64,000 nucleotides of DNA from Callorhinchus milii (Eukaryota), in contig NW_024704849.1 of the NCBI RefSeq assembly GCF_018977255.1, forward strand, positions 1 to 64,000, in the 5' to 3' direction. The translations under genes and the position numbers were made by a program. Shown here one piece after another: positions 1-12,453 of the stretch. The stretch's first letter is position 1; each line of letters opens with the position of its first letter. The notes under the pieces are model-generated. The model was not told the DNA's origin, did no database searches, and worked only from the letters and a program-made list of their open reading frames with translations.

Positions 1-299
1 TAATTCTGAGGCTCATTCCTGGCCTCATGCTCGCGTTGTGTTGACTCGTGTCGAGTTCCTCCAGAAACACAGCAGAAGACTTCCCGAGTTCCATAAAGGG
101 ACATCAACAACGCAGAGTACTTGTAACGCAAATGATGCTTTGCAGCAGAGCGAGTGTCAGGAAACTATCGAATTTCATGTTGAAGAAAACCGAGTCTCGC
201 AAATAGGATCTCTACAGGGTCACAAGCAATCGGTCTCAGAAGACAGACTGTATAAAAGTTCCTGATGTGGTGAGACTTTCATACATTCCGAACACCTCA

Positions 300-594
300 A
301 GAGACACCAGCGATCACACCGAGGAAAGCATCTGTGTAATTGTGTGGAATGTGGGGCAGTTTCACAAGGTCAGGCAGTCTGCAGATACACCATCGATCAC
401 ACTCAGGAGGGAGACCATATAAATGTGCTGAGTGTGGAAAGAATTTGACAACTTCAAGAGAAGTCCAGAGACACCAACAATCACAGAAAGGAGAGAAACC
501 ATATACATGTGCAGAATGTGGAAAGAGTTTCAGGTTATCATGGAGACTCAAGAGATACCAGCGATCACACACAGGAGAGTGTCTAAATACGTGA
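300..594 (+). pseudogene. Degenerate C2H2 (Kruppel-type) zinc-finger array fragment
   Basis: ORF 340-594 has RPYKCAECGK and GEKPYTCAECGKSF linkers, but several zinc-binding His/Cys residues are lost (e.g. RHQQSQ, RYQRSH). Confidence 0.75.
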
Positions 595-828
595 TAAGTC
601 ACGAAATCAAATACAAGGATTATTCATTTTTTATAACGTTTTTGTTATGGTTAATAATAACTTTTAACAAATATTTATCACAATTTGCTGTCTAAAAGTG
701 AAGAACAATCCAAATATACAGTAAGTAAATTACCAATATTTTTAAGATACGGTGGAAGTTGTGAGAGAGTCTGTTACACTGTCTCTCACTAACTGTACTG
801 TATTGTTTCCAGCGTTGGTTGTGATGAG

Positions 829-1171
829 GGTTATTGTACGAGGTTTCCTATGATGTGTATCACTGTGGTGCAGACTGAGTGCACAGTGATACATAGCGGA
901 GTCTGTCAGCCGCAGGCCGGCGATGGTTAAAATGCTGATTTTCTTGGCAGTGTCAAGAGAAGCAGAAATATGACCTCCAGTTGGTTTCCTCCCTCTCCTG
1001 AGGGTTTTCTGTGGAGCAGGTATTCCAGTGTCTCACCATGGGACTGACGGTACCAGGAGACGCTGAAGTCCTGACCGCAGTATCCTGAATATTGGCAATG
1101 TACATTTATCATCTCACCAGCAAAAGCAGTTTGCTCAGGCGGTGACGTTGGGAAACTAGAAAACCTCGATC
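829..1171 (-). pseudogene. Leaderless supporting TCR Vdelta S1 with 23-RSS, frameshifted
   Basis: Acceptor TAG before 1171. Translation includes HCQYSGYCGQDFSVSWYRQ and DSAMYHCALSLH. A 1-nt deletion near 982-986 relative to the 27.4 kb copy shifts the frame. RSS is CACAGTG (861-867), 23 nt, ACAATAACC (829-837). Confidence 0.88.
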
Positions 1172-2021
1172 CTACAGAAGGCACATTAAAAGTCACATAT
1201 CATCATGGAATTATGGAATGTTAACCACAGAAGGAGGCAATTCGACCCATTTTGTTTGAGCCAGCTTTCTGAAGAGCTGTCCCACCAATTCCACACCCAC
1301 GAGCTTTTCACATTACCTTGTACTTTATTCCCCTTCTGAAATTTATTATCGAATCTGCTTCCAGCTCCCTTTCACAGAGTGCAAATAAATCCTCATTATC
1401 TACCATCGTGTTGTTTAATCTTACAAATAGGTTCTCTAATTAACGAACCACTGGCGAGTGGTAACATTTTATCGTTGCTGCTCTTTCAAAACCGTTCACA
1501 AATGTGAAAACTTCAATTAAATCTCGTGTCAAACTTCGAAATTCTGAGGAGAACATTGTCAGACATTCGTCCCTTCGATATAAATGAAGTCCCTCTGCTC
1601 AGGAATTATTCTGCTAACTATTCTGCAGGACGTCAGCCTGTCCAAGGCCTTGAGAGCCTTCCGAATGTGTTTTGAAAGGCTTTATATGAAGGTAAGGATT
1701 AATGTTACATCAATAGTAGAAAGAGCAGAGGAATCGGTCAGAGTGGAGAGCTCCTGCAGCTGAGCCAGATTTTAGCGCAGGCAGTATCGGTGTAGCTATT
1801 TCTGTGACAAGATTGATATGATTTCTGATAAATTCACCATTTCCTTGAGATTTCTTTGTCCAGTTTTATACCTGTTTGCTGCATCGGATTGCCCACATTG
1901 AGGCTTTGGGTGTCTGTCATCATGGGAATGTTAAGCAGAGAACCAGGTGTCAGTTTGTACCGTTAATTCAGTGGGTTTACAGTTGTAGCAAATGGAAAGT
2001 TTCCCGTCTGTAAATGTCGTT

Positions 2022-2114
2022 ACTATAACATCGCTGCTGGAGGAGGTTTGGACTATAACATCGCTGCTGGAGGAGGTTTGGACTATAACATCGCTGCTGG
2101 AGGAGGTTTGGACT
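2022..2114. repeat. 30-bp tandem repeat, 3 copies
   Basis: ACTATAACATCGCTGCTGGAGGAGGTTTGG occurs three times; paralogous sites (28.5, 52.7, 58.2 kb) carry one diverged copy. Confidence 0.95.
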
Positions 2115-2204
2115 TCTCCTCTGGGGAGGTTGTCTCTGGGTTGTGCCAATATAATTTTCTCTCAGTCTGTGAGCCGCTCAATGCATTTTCAGTGAGAGAG
2201 AAGC

Positions 2205-2345
2205 AAAGTGATTCTGTCTGTCTGTCTGCTGTCTGTCTGTCTGCTGTCTGCCCGTGCCTGAGTGTCTGCCTATCTCTCTCTCTCTCTCCCTCTCCCTCTC
2301 TCTCTCTCTCTCTCGCTCCCTCTCTGTCTCTCTCTCTTTCGTTCT
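2205..2345. repeat. (TGTC)n/(TC)n microsatellite
   Basis: Directly visible simple repeat. Confidence 0.95.
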
Positions 2346-3074
2346 ATCTCGTTTAATCATTCTTTCTTTCTTCTCGTGTTACTTTCTTGCTTGCAAATCT
2401 TTTTCATGCTTGTTTTCTTTTCTTGTTTTTTGTTTGCTTGTATATTTGTTTGGTTCTTTCTTTCATTCTTCCTCTTTTCAATCTTTGCTCAACTTTGATA
2501 TCTTTCATTTCGTCAAACAGAATATTTCTCGTTATGCTTGTGTATCTATTTGCCTGTACCAACAGATATTGCAGAGATCACACCAGCATAGATGGAGAGA
2601 GGAATGTGATCTCATATTTCAGAATATTGACCGAACTTCAAAACTGCGGTTTGTTGGAAGGAGCAATTTATACAATATTTCACAATGAAACGTAACCATT
2701 TTCAATTGTACACTGTTCGGAACATTATAGGATGATGGGAATTTCTAATATGTCCTTTAACTCAACATACGTGCTCTAATAAATGACCCTAATTTCGTTC
2801 AACATTTCCTCTGTGCTTGTTCCTGAGGAGCTACTTCCCAGATTAATTCAGTGAATTTACAAAACACAACATAAAAGCTGGTTATTTGCGAAACAAGTTT
2901 CGGAGCTCATTTATCTTTTCCAAAACAAATTGTTTTTCATAATCGGTCAAGTGGTTTGTTGAAATGGCTCAGTTGTATATATTTGGGAGCAATGACTTCG
3001 AATAAAGCATTTTACGAATTCATGTGAATAAAATTCATGTGAACTGCAAATTTGCAGGTGCATTTCTCACTTAC

Positions 3075-3167
3075 TTTTCGTTACGGTTACATAGGTTGGT
3101 GATCCTTCTTCGGTATATTCTTTAAAACCACAGTCACACGGCTCACAATCTACAAGGTGCAAAAACT
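3075..3167 (-). other. NAR-TCR J segment J1 with 5' 23-RSS
   Basis: Coding 3128-3075 reads FKEYTEEGSPTYVTVTK with a phase-1 GTAAGT donor; the GxG motif is altered to GSP. On the + strand: CACAGTC (3129-3135), 23 nt, GCAAAAACT (3159-3167). Confidence 0.88.
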
Positions 3168-3480
3168 GTGCAATCAGTTCATGGTGTAAACGAGTCACCA
3201 ATAACATGATTTGATTTCAAATTGGTCATTAATTGCTATCACTCCAACACTGTCCCATCTTCCAATATTTTGTGCTTCCAAATCATGTTTAATTTCGATA
3301 TTATTTCCACCCAAATACAGACAAAGTGCACGGCCATAAGAACATTTTTCTATAAAGCTCCAGCAAACATCTGCTTGAAGTAACATATTTCGAAAGCAAA
3401 ATTTCGACACATTGAACAAGGCAGAATAGGACACCATCATCAGTGACACGCCCGATGCATTTACAAGTCAATAGCTGTAT

Positions 3481-3550
3481 GGTATTTGTGCTGATGTTTT
3501 CCAGTGTGCCTTCCCCGCTAACACATTGTTTTACCGTCAACACAAAAAGC
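3481..3550 (-). other. NAR-TCR D segment D1 (TTAGCGGGGAAGG) between two short-spacer RSS
   Basis: 3' RSS is CACACTG-12-ACAAATACC (3481-3508); D is 3509-3521; 5' RSS heptamer 3522-3528, 13-nt spacer, nonamer 3542-3550. Confidence 0.85.
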
Positions 3551-3874
3551 AATGATTTGAAGAAACAATTAAAATGTTTCCTGCCATTTAAAACTGATCA
3601 ATCAGTGACATAACTGTAAAGTTCTTTAGTATATTGTCCTTGGAGATCTTTGTATGCTCTCTGCCTTGGTAATAAATTGCTAGTTACATGAATCCAAAAA
3701 AGCTCTTACGTCAGGTTCATACTCACTCACTTTTCCTAAGTATTCTTAAACAAAAGTCGTTTTCTCAAGGAAGTGCTATTACATATCATTGTGCATCACA
3801 TACCAGTGAGGAATGTGTATTGAAACATTGAGAAGTTCACATTCTCTGTGATTTTCCTGTGAGTTGGTGAAGGG

Positions 3875-4632
3875 TTTTTTTGTATTGTCGGAAGCCCAGG
3901 TACAGCATTGTGGTATTATGGTAAGAGTATCGCGCTGTACATTTGTAGTCAGTGCTGTCTTCAACTTTCAAATCATTAATTTCCAGAGAAGACGACTTCG
4001 ATGCCCTGTCTGCCTTTACAACAAAACGTCTTTCACGGGGATGGGCTTCCAAGCTGTGCTTTTCCAAACTGCATATGAAATTCAATGTTGATGAATTTAT
4101 CATAGTACCCTTCTTCAAAAACACAACTGATGGTCAAAGAGTCGCATTCTTCTTTCCTAAAAGAGGATGGCGTCTGCTTTACTGAGGCACTGAAAACATC
4201 TGAAAATTATACAAAATATTACATCAGTAAAAGAAAATTTCAATACTAACCACTGCTATTAAAATTACATCCCAAGGCTTGGAATTATTTCGGTTGATGC
4301 CAACTGATATAAGATGGTCATAAAATAAATTGTAGTTATAACATCAATTGATGAGAATTATTATAATGCATGATAAAATACATTTATGAAAAAAATGTAT
4401 CTCATTTGCCTGCCACGTGTCGACCACTAAAAAGTCAATTCACCTTATTTTCCATGAAGCACTTTGAGAAGCCTCATTGACGTTATCATTCGCTGTATCA
4501 ATGCAAGGATTTGTATTATTATATTGCACATCGTATTGATGACATTCATTGGTGCTTTGTAGTGCTGTGTTATGGAAACAAAAACTTACATTGTAAGAAG
4601 AGGAAGCTGATGGATACACCGAGGAGAGACAT
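3875..4632 (-). pseudogene. NAR-TCR V1 (leader + V + 22-nt-spacer RSS), frameshifted
   Basis: Leader 4632-4590 MSLLGVSISFLFLQ with GTAAGT donor. V exon 4199-3913 SVKQTPSSFRKEECDSLTISC...DSTDYKCTARYSYHN, with two apparent 1-nt deletions in the middle giving an in-frame TGA. RSS CACAATG (3906-3912). Confidence 0.85.
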
Positions 4633-4742
4633 TTTCTCACCGCTAGGAGATACCGTCAACCCCGGATACCTCAGAGTGACTGTGAGTAAAACAGGGCTGC
4701 TCTGTGAGAGCGTTGGAGATTTGATTTCTTTGTGTTGAACAG

Positions 4743-4747
4743 CGTCA
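4743..4747 (-). promoter_or_regulatory. CRE half-site (TGACG) in conserved NAR V promoter
   Basis: The motif GATGAACAGCGTCACA followed by a GGGTGGGCGG box sits about 110 bp upstream of all four NAR leaders (also 17187, 33269, 63783). Confidence 0.5.
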
Positions 4748-7700
4748 CATCATGGCTGGTGTCAGAGGCTTTAAGGGGTGGGCGGGGTGTTGGATTTGGG
4801 TCGGTGTGGGGAGACCCTACTTGAGGAAAATGACTGATTCACTGTGCCGGAGCTCAGCGGGCAGTATATGGCGATTTGTGGTGACTATTGAAGCTGAATT
4901 AGGAATAAATGGACAACCGACGTGGAGCCAACGAAAGGAATTATAAACTGATACTGAGAGTGGGACAAAGGCTGTGTGTTGTAGAGTGGGACCTTACTGA
5001 GAGTTGGTAAAGACACATGAAGCAGCTTCTAACACACCTTTGACTTGGAATGAGTTCCATTACATTGTTCAGCAACTGAGTGGGGAGCCCGATCAAGGCA
5101 GCCGCGATTCTTGTGATTGATCATGCGATTGACGATGTTGGAGAAGGAGGAGGGAAACATTCGGTAAAGTGGTGTAGGTTTGGGGCATTTATAAATGCTG
5201 AAGTGGGCAGAGTGAGTGATACAGGGATGTAGCGCCGCACGATGACCGAGAGAAGAAAGGGGAGGCAGATGTTAGAATGTTTACTTCACAGTATATCCTT
5301 TGAAAAGCTTTAACAAGTGTTAACTACATGAAAAAGCGCTGTATCGAAACTAAGGATTATTATTGAGCTGTGCCTCGGCCAGTTTGTATCTCTGTCTGTA
5401 TTTCTGTGCATCTCTGTCTGTCTGTCTGTCGTTGAAAACTTAGGCAAGTTTATTTACCCCACACACACAGACATACACACTCACACACAGACACAAATCG
5501 CACACGCGTATCTGTCTATCCAGCAACGGCTAGGATCTCGCTTGCTTTCGATAAACTGATAGCATTTCAAAGGTAAAAATCACTTAGAAATAGTCTTAGC
5601 AATACAAATGTGATCACTGAAAGAAAAAATGTGTGTAATCATCTACCAGGTTTTGCCCGTCCTTTACGGTATGTTCTATGAAGCGCTATGAGACTTCTCT
5701 GTACTGAGGATCGAAGTGATTGAGGGGTTTGAGGGTGAGCTGATCAACGATGGAATCAGAACGTTGAGTTTACTTTTGACTTCCATGATGAGTTAGGTGC
5801 ACAATTCCTTTTTGAGGTTGTGTGTGAGGAAGCGGTGATAATTTCGATGATGATGAACCCAAATTTATCCCTATAATCATAGTTTCTCGAATTTCAGGTA
5901 GAGCTTCAGCACGTCTTTGAGACACCTAAAATTGCTTCTGAACATACACTGCAAATTGGAATGACCTTGTATTGTGTGAGTGAAATGAGGCTGGTAATTG
6001 TGCACAGCAGTGGTCCGATATAATGGTGGTTTGAGAGACCGAAATATTATTTGATGTATATATTCATTGCTGTGCTTATTGATGTGCTTATTGCTGTGCC
6101 TATTGATGCGCGTATCTATAAATCCATCCATCCGTCCGTCCGTCCGTCCGTCCCACTGTTTCTGTGTTTCTTTGTTTCTTTGTTTCTTGTTGGATGAATT
6201 ATTGTCCCCAGAAAGCGATACTCCAATGGGCTAGCAACCGGATTCCAATTTACTGCATGGTAAAGAGCGGCATTTGGCATAAGGAAACTTCCCTAAGTTT
6301 TCGCCCCACACGGGTATCGCAATCGGTCCTCTAGTGGCGCCATTAGTGTTCTTTCCAAAAAGATATAGTATTCCACCTTATCTGCAGTGCTCACTGGTAA
6401 TTGGGCTTTCTCCCAATGTGAAAGCTTCTTTATAAAAGACCGCTTTGTTGTATTGTTATATGGCGACATCTAAAGGTGTTTGAGGAGAATAACCGTGTAT
6501 GTTTTTTGTCAGCATGGATATATTTACGACGCGACTAAATTTTTTAGATTTACTCGGCTATCCATTGAGTGCAGGATAAGTCGTGCAGCCTTCATATTCC
6601 ACTCGGATAAAGACCCTCCATCTCAACTCTCTCCTCTTCAACAACCGCTTTCCAATGTCTTTCCTCCTTACCATCAGATACTCCTCCCAGCTTCCCCACT
6701 TCGCCCAGTTACTACCCTCTCCTTCCAGCCCCCCAATCACAACTTTCACCAACGAAAATCTGTCTCATTAGCTCTCACCACCAAAAATCCCTCCGACCAC
6801 CACTTCTTCCCCCACCCCACCCACTCCAACCAACCCTCCGAAGATCAGGTGTAAGGCTGTACTTTCCATGGCTTTGTAAAACGCCCTGTATCAGTATAAC
6901 TTCGATATAATTTTGAAGTGTAAGCGGCAATGTTGGTAAGTTTTTACACAGGATCTTGTTTGAGCTGATCTTTTCCCAAGGTGAAACGACTGGCAAAGTA
7001 TTTTACCTCCAAGTAATCAATTTCTCTCTTAAACTTTGTTGTCGCTTGAGTTTCCACTGCAATTTCAGGCAATGGATTCAAGATCCGAACAACACGCTGT
7101 AGGAAAAAAAGATATACTCCCCTCCCCACCGTTTCTCTCATCATAAATTTTAGATTGGTGTCCTTTTTGACACAGTGGCAAGAGGAAATAGTTTCCCATT
7201 TTTCCACATATAGAATTCCCTCATTATTTTGAAAAATTATATTATGTCTCCTCCATACAAAACTGAAGTCCCTCATTCCTGGTTCAATCTGGTTAATCTG
7301 CTTTGCACCCATTCAAATGCCTTGATATCCTACCTAAGTTGTGGGCCGAGAACAGAGCAGAGTGTCAAGCTGAAGCCTAACCAGTGTTTTATCAAGTTTC
7401 ATCGGAACTTCCTGACGTTTGTATTCTATGCTCCTATTTAGGACCCGTATGTTTTTTTTTTAACAGGTTTATCTGCCTTTTCTGCCACATTCAACTGTTT
7501 CCTTATAATAGTTGGCCTGCTTCACCCAACTGAGAGTTAATTTTACCTACTTTAAATTGTGATACATAATTACGTGGACTTTCAGCAGAAATACTGACTT
7601 GTGGTGAATGTGGTTTCCCCAGAGGTTCGCTGCACACAAAACCTGACTCTGAATAATCTGAGTTGATCATTTGGAAAGACCAAGCTCACATAGCCAGGGT

Positions 7701-8586
7701 AGTTTTTGTACGAGGCTGTGGCACAGAGATACATAGCGGTGTCAGACACCTGCAGCTCAGAGATGGATAAGCTGGTGACAGACTGGATAATGTCAAGCTG
7801 AGAAGAGAATCTACTTCCAATTGCAGCTCCTTTGGTTTCTTTATTATTATATGAGAATCTCCAAACCATAAACTCTGGTTGTTTGTATGGGTATTGTCGG
7901 TACCAGAACAGAAAGAAAGCGCTCTCATTCGTGGAAAAGGTACAATTAAAAGTCACAGCATCTCCTTCTTTCCATACTATCGTAGCAGCCTTCTGACTGA
8001 CAGTGTCCCCTCCACAGAGTTCTGTAGTAAACATGCAAGAGCACGACAGTATATTATTTACTGCTTATTTGATTTAATTTTTCAGCGCCTTTGGATGTCC
8101 GTTGACCCGAAAGCCATTACGAGCATGTTATTTGTTAATACTGAGACAACAATAATCAATGAATTTCATAGAACATTATCACGTAGTTAAGACGTTTGAA
8201 CGTCCTTCACAGATTATGCTGTAAAGTGAACCGTTGTGTACATTTTTGGGCTAAACGCGGCAGCTGTTCAAGCATAGGAGTGTTACACAAAGTAACGTCG
8301 AATGAACGAACACATTACTATTTGATTTGGATTGCTACCCCTGCGTTCAGCAACAGGATACCTGTAGCTCCTGTGTAAGCAGAGCTATGTGTGTGGAGTA
8401 ATGAAAATTGCCTAAGTTTTCACCCTGCCCAGTAACCAAACCAAGATCTTCTCGTTTGTGAGGTGAACGCTCCCTTCTCTAAATTACAGGACTCCTTCCA
8501 CCAATTGTTGTAGAAATCTATCAGCTCAGCACAGCCTCACCTGCCATAAAGTTACCCAGCACAAGACACACAGCAAACAGCCTCAT
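7701..8586 (-). pseudogene. Conventional TCR Valpha/delta with open frame but deleted RSS heptamer
   Basis: Leader 8586-8541 MRLFAVCLVLGNFMA. V exon 8021-7721 DTVSQKAAT...TFNCTFS...LFWYRQ...DTAMYLC. It is followed by CACAGCC, 4 nt, ACAAAAACT instead of a full RSS. Confidence 0.85.
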
Positions 8587-8673
8587 TGCTACTCTTCAGT
8601 TCGTGTGGTTGTGTCTGTGGCATCAGTTTGCTGATAACCCGCAGTGATTATTGGCATTGGCGGAGCCACAGAC

Positions 8674-8681
8674 TTACGTCA
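8674..8681 (-). promoter_or_regulatory. CRE-like motif TGACGTAA in V promoter
   Basis: About 90 bp upstream of the leader ATG; TGACGTGA occurs at the equivalent position near 23.77, 39.05 and 48.58 kb. Confidence 0.55.
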
Positions 8682-10606
8682 CCTCATTGAAATCTCAGCC
8701 GCGTTTCAGAAAGAACAACTGATTGCTTTTATATAGCGCCTTTCACTAGTCTCTTTGGGCAGTGAATCCTCTCACTCGGCTCCGGTTAACCCTGCATGTG
8801 TAGCACTAACGGAAAGGAAAGCGATAGATGGACACATAGCGGAAAAGCTTGCTGGATAGGAAAGCTATGCAGTTTTAGCCAGGTAGACTGAAGCAGGTAA
8901 CCCAACGCACACTCTGAGGACCCAAGCTTTGGCTCTTGCCAACTTGCGTCTAATGCTCCACGGAATTAGTTAATAAGGATGTGTCCCTCCAGGGAGAGAG
9001 TTTGTATTCCATTCCAACAATCTATCTCTGGGATTTCCATTTGTAGGTGGAATACATGGAAATCTTTGGCTGAATTGGATACTCTTACGCATGGTGAATG
9101 TTTTGCACACGTTTTGAGCCCCAAAAAAATAACAGCGGGAAAGTGAACTAGCTTTATTTGAAGGATCACAATTGTGTCCATGGGTTGACTTGAAAAGTTG
9201 TTCCGAAAATAATATTGAAACAAAGTGCCAACATTGTCTGATCAAGCATCAATTGTTCTTCAGAAACGGTTGCTCATGACAGCCATTGCTGGAAAACAAA
9301 AGAGTAATTTGAGATATATTTCAAACAGTGCCATGTTATGGTTAACGTCCAGCTAAACAGACAGACCAATTATTAGTTTACTACTAATAATAATGATCGT
9401 TGCATTTCATAATAGTATCTTCGCGTCTTCGACACATCTCTAACGCTTCACAGAACATAATGTAAAGGGAATTGACCGTATATTTTGTGGGCGATAAACG
9501 GCAGACCATTGCCCACAGCATTTTCACAAACAATCGTGGATTAAGTGATTAAGTGAACAAACAATTGTTATTCAGTTTCGCCGAAGCGATCCGAAACGTT
9601 GACTAACTTTCTTTTCTCCATGGATGCTGCATGACCTGTTGACTTTTACCAGCTCTCTGATTTTTTTTCAGATTCCAGCATCTGCCGTATTTTGTGTTTT
9701 AAACAATTACTATTATTAATTTTGAAGGTACTATTACAGGGAAAATTTATCAGTTTTATCTTATTTTCTCCACTCTTTGAAATTCTCCCCGAATACCAAA
9801 TATATTTCTTCGGAACTTCGTCGTAATTTAGGAGAAAATTTTAAAGTCGCGATTTTAGTTGACTTAAACTTTCAACATCAAGAATTGGAAAACGATAATA
9901 CATTGACGCCCTCTATTGTACAATTTGCCGCAGTCAAAAAATTTAGATTTGATTCACTTCAAAGTAGATTCTGTGAAGCGTTTTGAGTCGTCTCGTAGTG
10001 GTGGTAAGGCGCTACAGCAAATCCAAAGATTATCAATATCAAGTCAAATGTCTTTCTAATATGCAGGCAACCAATCTGGGATTGAGTGATCAACACATTA
10101 TTATTGTTTGTAATGATTTAAGGGAATAGTTCCCCAAGGAAAGAGATCCATAAATTGACAAACTACCATTCTTTTCTTTCTACTGGTTTAACAGAGGCGT
10201 GTAGAGTCATTACATTTGCTCAACGTTTCGGCCTGAACGAGAATCAAAAACTGGATCCCCTGACTTGCGAGGACAGAGCGGAAAAATATATTCTGCAAAA
10301 TTACACAATATCCCTTTCTTCGAATGCTTTGATTCTGTGTGTTTTCTGCATTCCACCTTCTTCCTTAGAGTCGAAAAATATAATAGATCAAATGTTTTTT
10401 GTTGCTGCATTTGCAGTAAACCAACATAATCTCGCATGTTGTACTCGATTCGCTGGATATTTCACCCTCTATTTATGTGGTGACACACAATTTGGTGAAC
10501 CTTCAGCAGACAGGTTGACTTGTGATGATCGTCGTTCCTGTGAGACAGGACCGACGTTTCCTGGAAACAGACTGCTCGCCTCAGCGCCACCGCACAAAGC
10601 CAGGAG

Positions 10607-11470
10607 AGCTTTTGTACGAGGTGGTCTCTGGCATCCATCACTGTGGGTGCTGAGTGCACAGTAATACACAGCAGAGTCAGACACCTCTAACTGGGAGATG
10701 GTTAATTTGTTGGATGTACTCGAGGTCTGCAGCTCAACTGAGAAACGAGATTGAGCAAAAGCCGCTTTATGTTCTGAGAGAACTGTACAGCTGCTGAGGA
10801 TATACTCGGGTTGTTTCTCTGAGAGCTGTCGGTACCAGTACAAACAATAGTCGCTCAGTGTTGTAGTATAATTACTGTCCAAAGTCACCTGTCCTCCTTC
10901 TGTCTCAGTCACTGAAGGAACCCAATGAGTAACATAATCTCCCCGGCTCAGACCTGAAAAGAAGCGTGAAATAAAAATAAGTTTGAACATACCTAATTAT
11001 TAAATATTCTATACGCTGGATATAGTGCCTTATCACAACTTCGAGAAGTCTCACAGCTCTTGTAAAAACATAATGTTAAGTGATTTGACTGTCCGTTTTG
11101 CAGTCGAAATGCGGCAGCCAATTGGGCACAGCAATAACCTACAAACAGTCTTAGAACAAGTGACCAATTTATCAGCAATGTTTTATTTGAATAAATTAAT
11201 AACCGCGAAAAAGCAATGTGCCAATCGACTACCAAACATGTATTGGTGCTGCGTGTGGTTTAAGGAAACTTGCCCAATGTTTCTCCCTACTGGGAACGGA
11301 ACCCAGGTCTCTCGCTTGTGAGGCCAAGGCTCTAAACACTGAGCTACAAGACTCCACTAATAAAAGCTACGCAATCAATTTTGAACATTGACTGTAACAT
11401 TGGCGATATGCCTGAATTAATTACCTGCCAGAAAAGCAGCCAATGTCGCCCAGATAGCAATTCCCCCCAT
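10607..11470 (-). CDS. Conventional TCR Valpha/delta segment, open frame, first canonical Cys replaced by Ser
   Basis: Leader 11470-11425 MGGIAIWATLAAFLA. V exon 10953-10646 ...QVTLDSNY...DYCLYWYRQ...ILSSC...DSAVYYCALST. RSS CACAGTG (10639-10645), 23 nt, ACAAAAGCT. Confidence 0.8.
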
Positions 11471-12453
11471 CGTCTGAGAACTTGTCTGGATGCCCATTGA
11501 TTAACTGCGAGATATTTGAGGTGATTGGCTCCAGCTTCCGCAATGATGACCTGTGCTGTCGTCCAACAGGTCAAGTGCAAAAAGTCCACGAGATCAGAAA
11601 TTATTTGCAATCAACTACCTTTATATGATTAACATCATTGAACAATAGTATCGTGGATTGTAATGAAGAAAAGGAGATTATTCGGTCCATTGTGACTGTT
11701 TCGACTCTTATGAAAGTGCTAAACAATGAGTCCCACTCCCCATCCTTTCCCCATATCCATGCAATTTTATTTTCCTTTGCAAGTTCCAGTCCAATTCCTT
11801 TTTGAATACTACTATCGAATCTGTTGCCACTTTCACAATGTACATTGTAAACCGTAACAAGACTATTATTTTTTTGAAAAAGTCCCTCCGTCTATCCTCT
11901 GTTTTTTTGACAATTATCTTCAATCTGCGAAAGAAATTCAGAAGCTATAAAAGTCTATTTTGGAATCGAAGTGTGATGTATGATATGAAGAGTTTAGAAT
12001 AAAATTGAATACACGTTTAAATTATGTTTCACACGAAAAACTTTAATGACAACACAGTATATCACTGAAATGTGCAGTTAACTTTCACTGAGAGAAATGG
12101 CCCGAAATCTGTGGCCAAACATATTATGAAAGTGGGACATCTCAAAGCATTATGCATGATATAACTTGATGTTTAGTGACTGTATCTGTCAGTCAATTGC
12201 CAGTCAATGCACTTTACAGTAGAATCTGTGATTCAATTTGGGGCATCTCGAAGAAGTGCATTAAATGTAAGGATTAATAATATTTCTTTCACTTTTTCAC
12301 TACATGAGCCACTCTACCACATTATGCTTGAGGTTGGCAATTTGTCACGTGTTTCCTCTGAGAGACACAGCAGCAAAGTCACAATCTGTGAAATAGGTCA
12401 ACTGTCAGCATTAACATCTGTCCTGAGATGAAACTCTTACGCTCCTCTATGGA

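Noticed and set aside
2022-2114. CRISPR-like direct repeats
   Set aside because: The 30-bp units are contiguous with no spacers, and the DNA is vertebrate.
2048-2695. Low-complexity ORFs (SLSLSL, RERERE), also at 33.9-34.25 and 52.6-53.0 kb
   Set aside because: They are translations of microsatellites.
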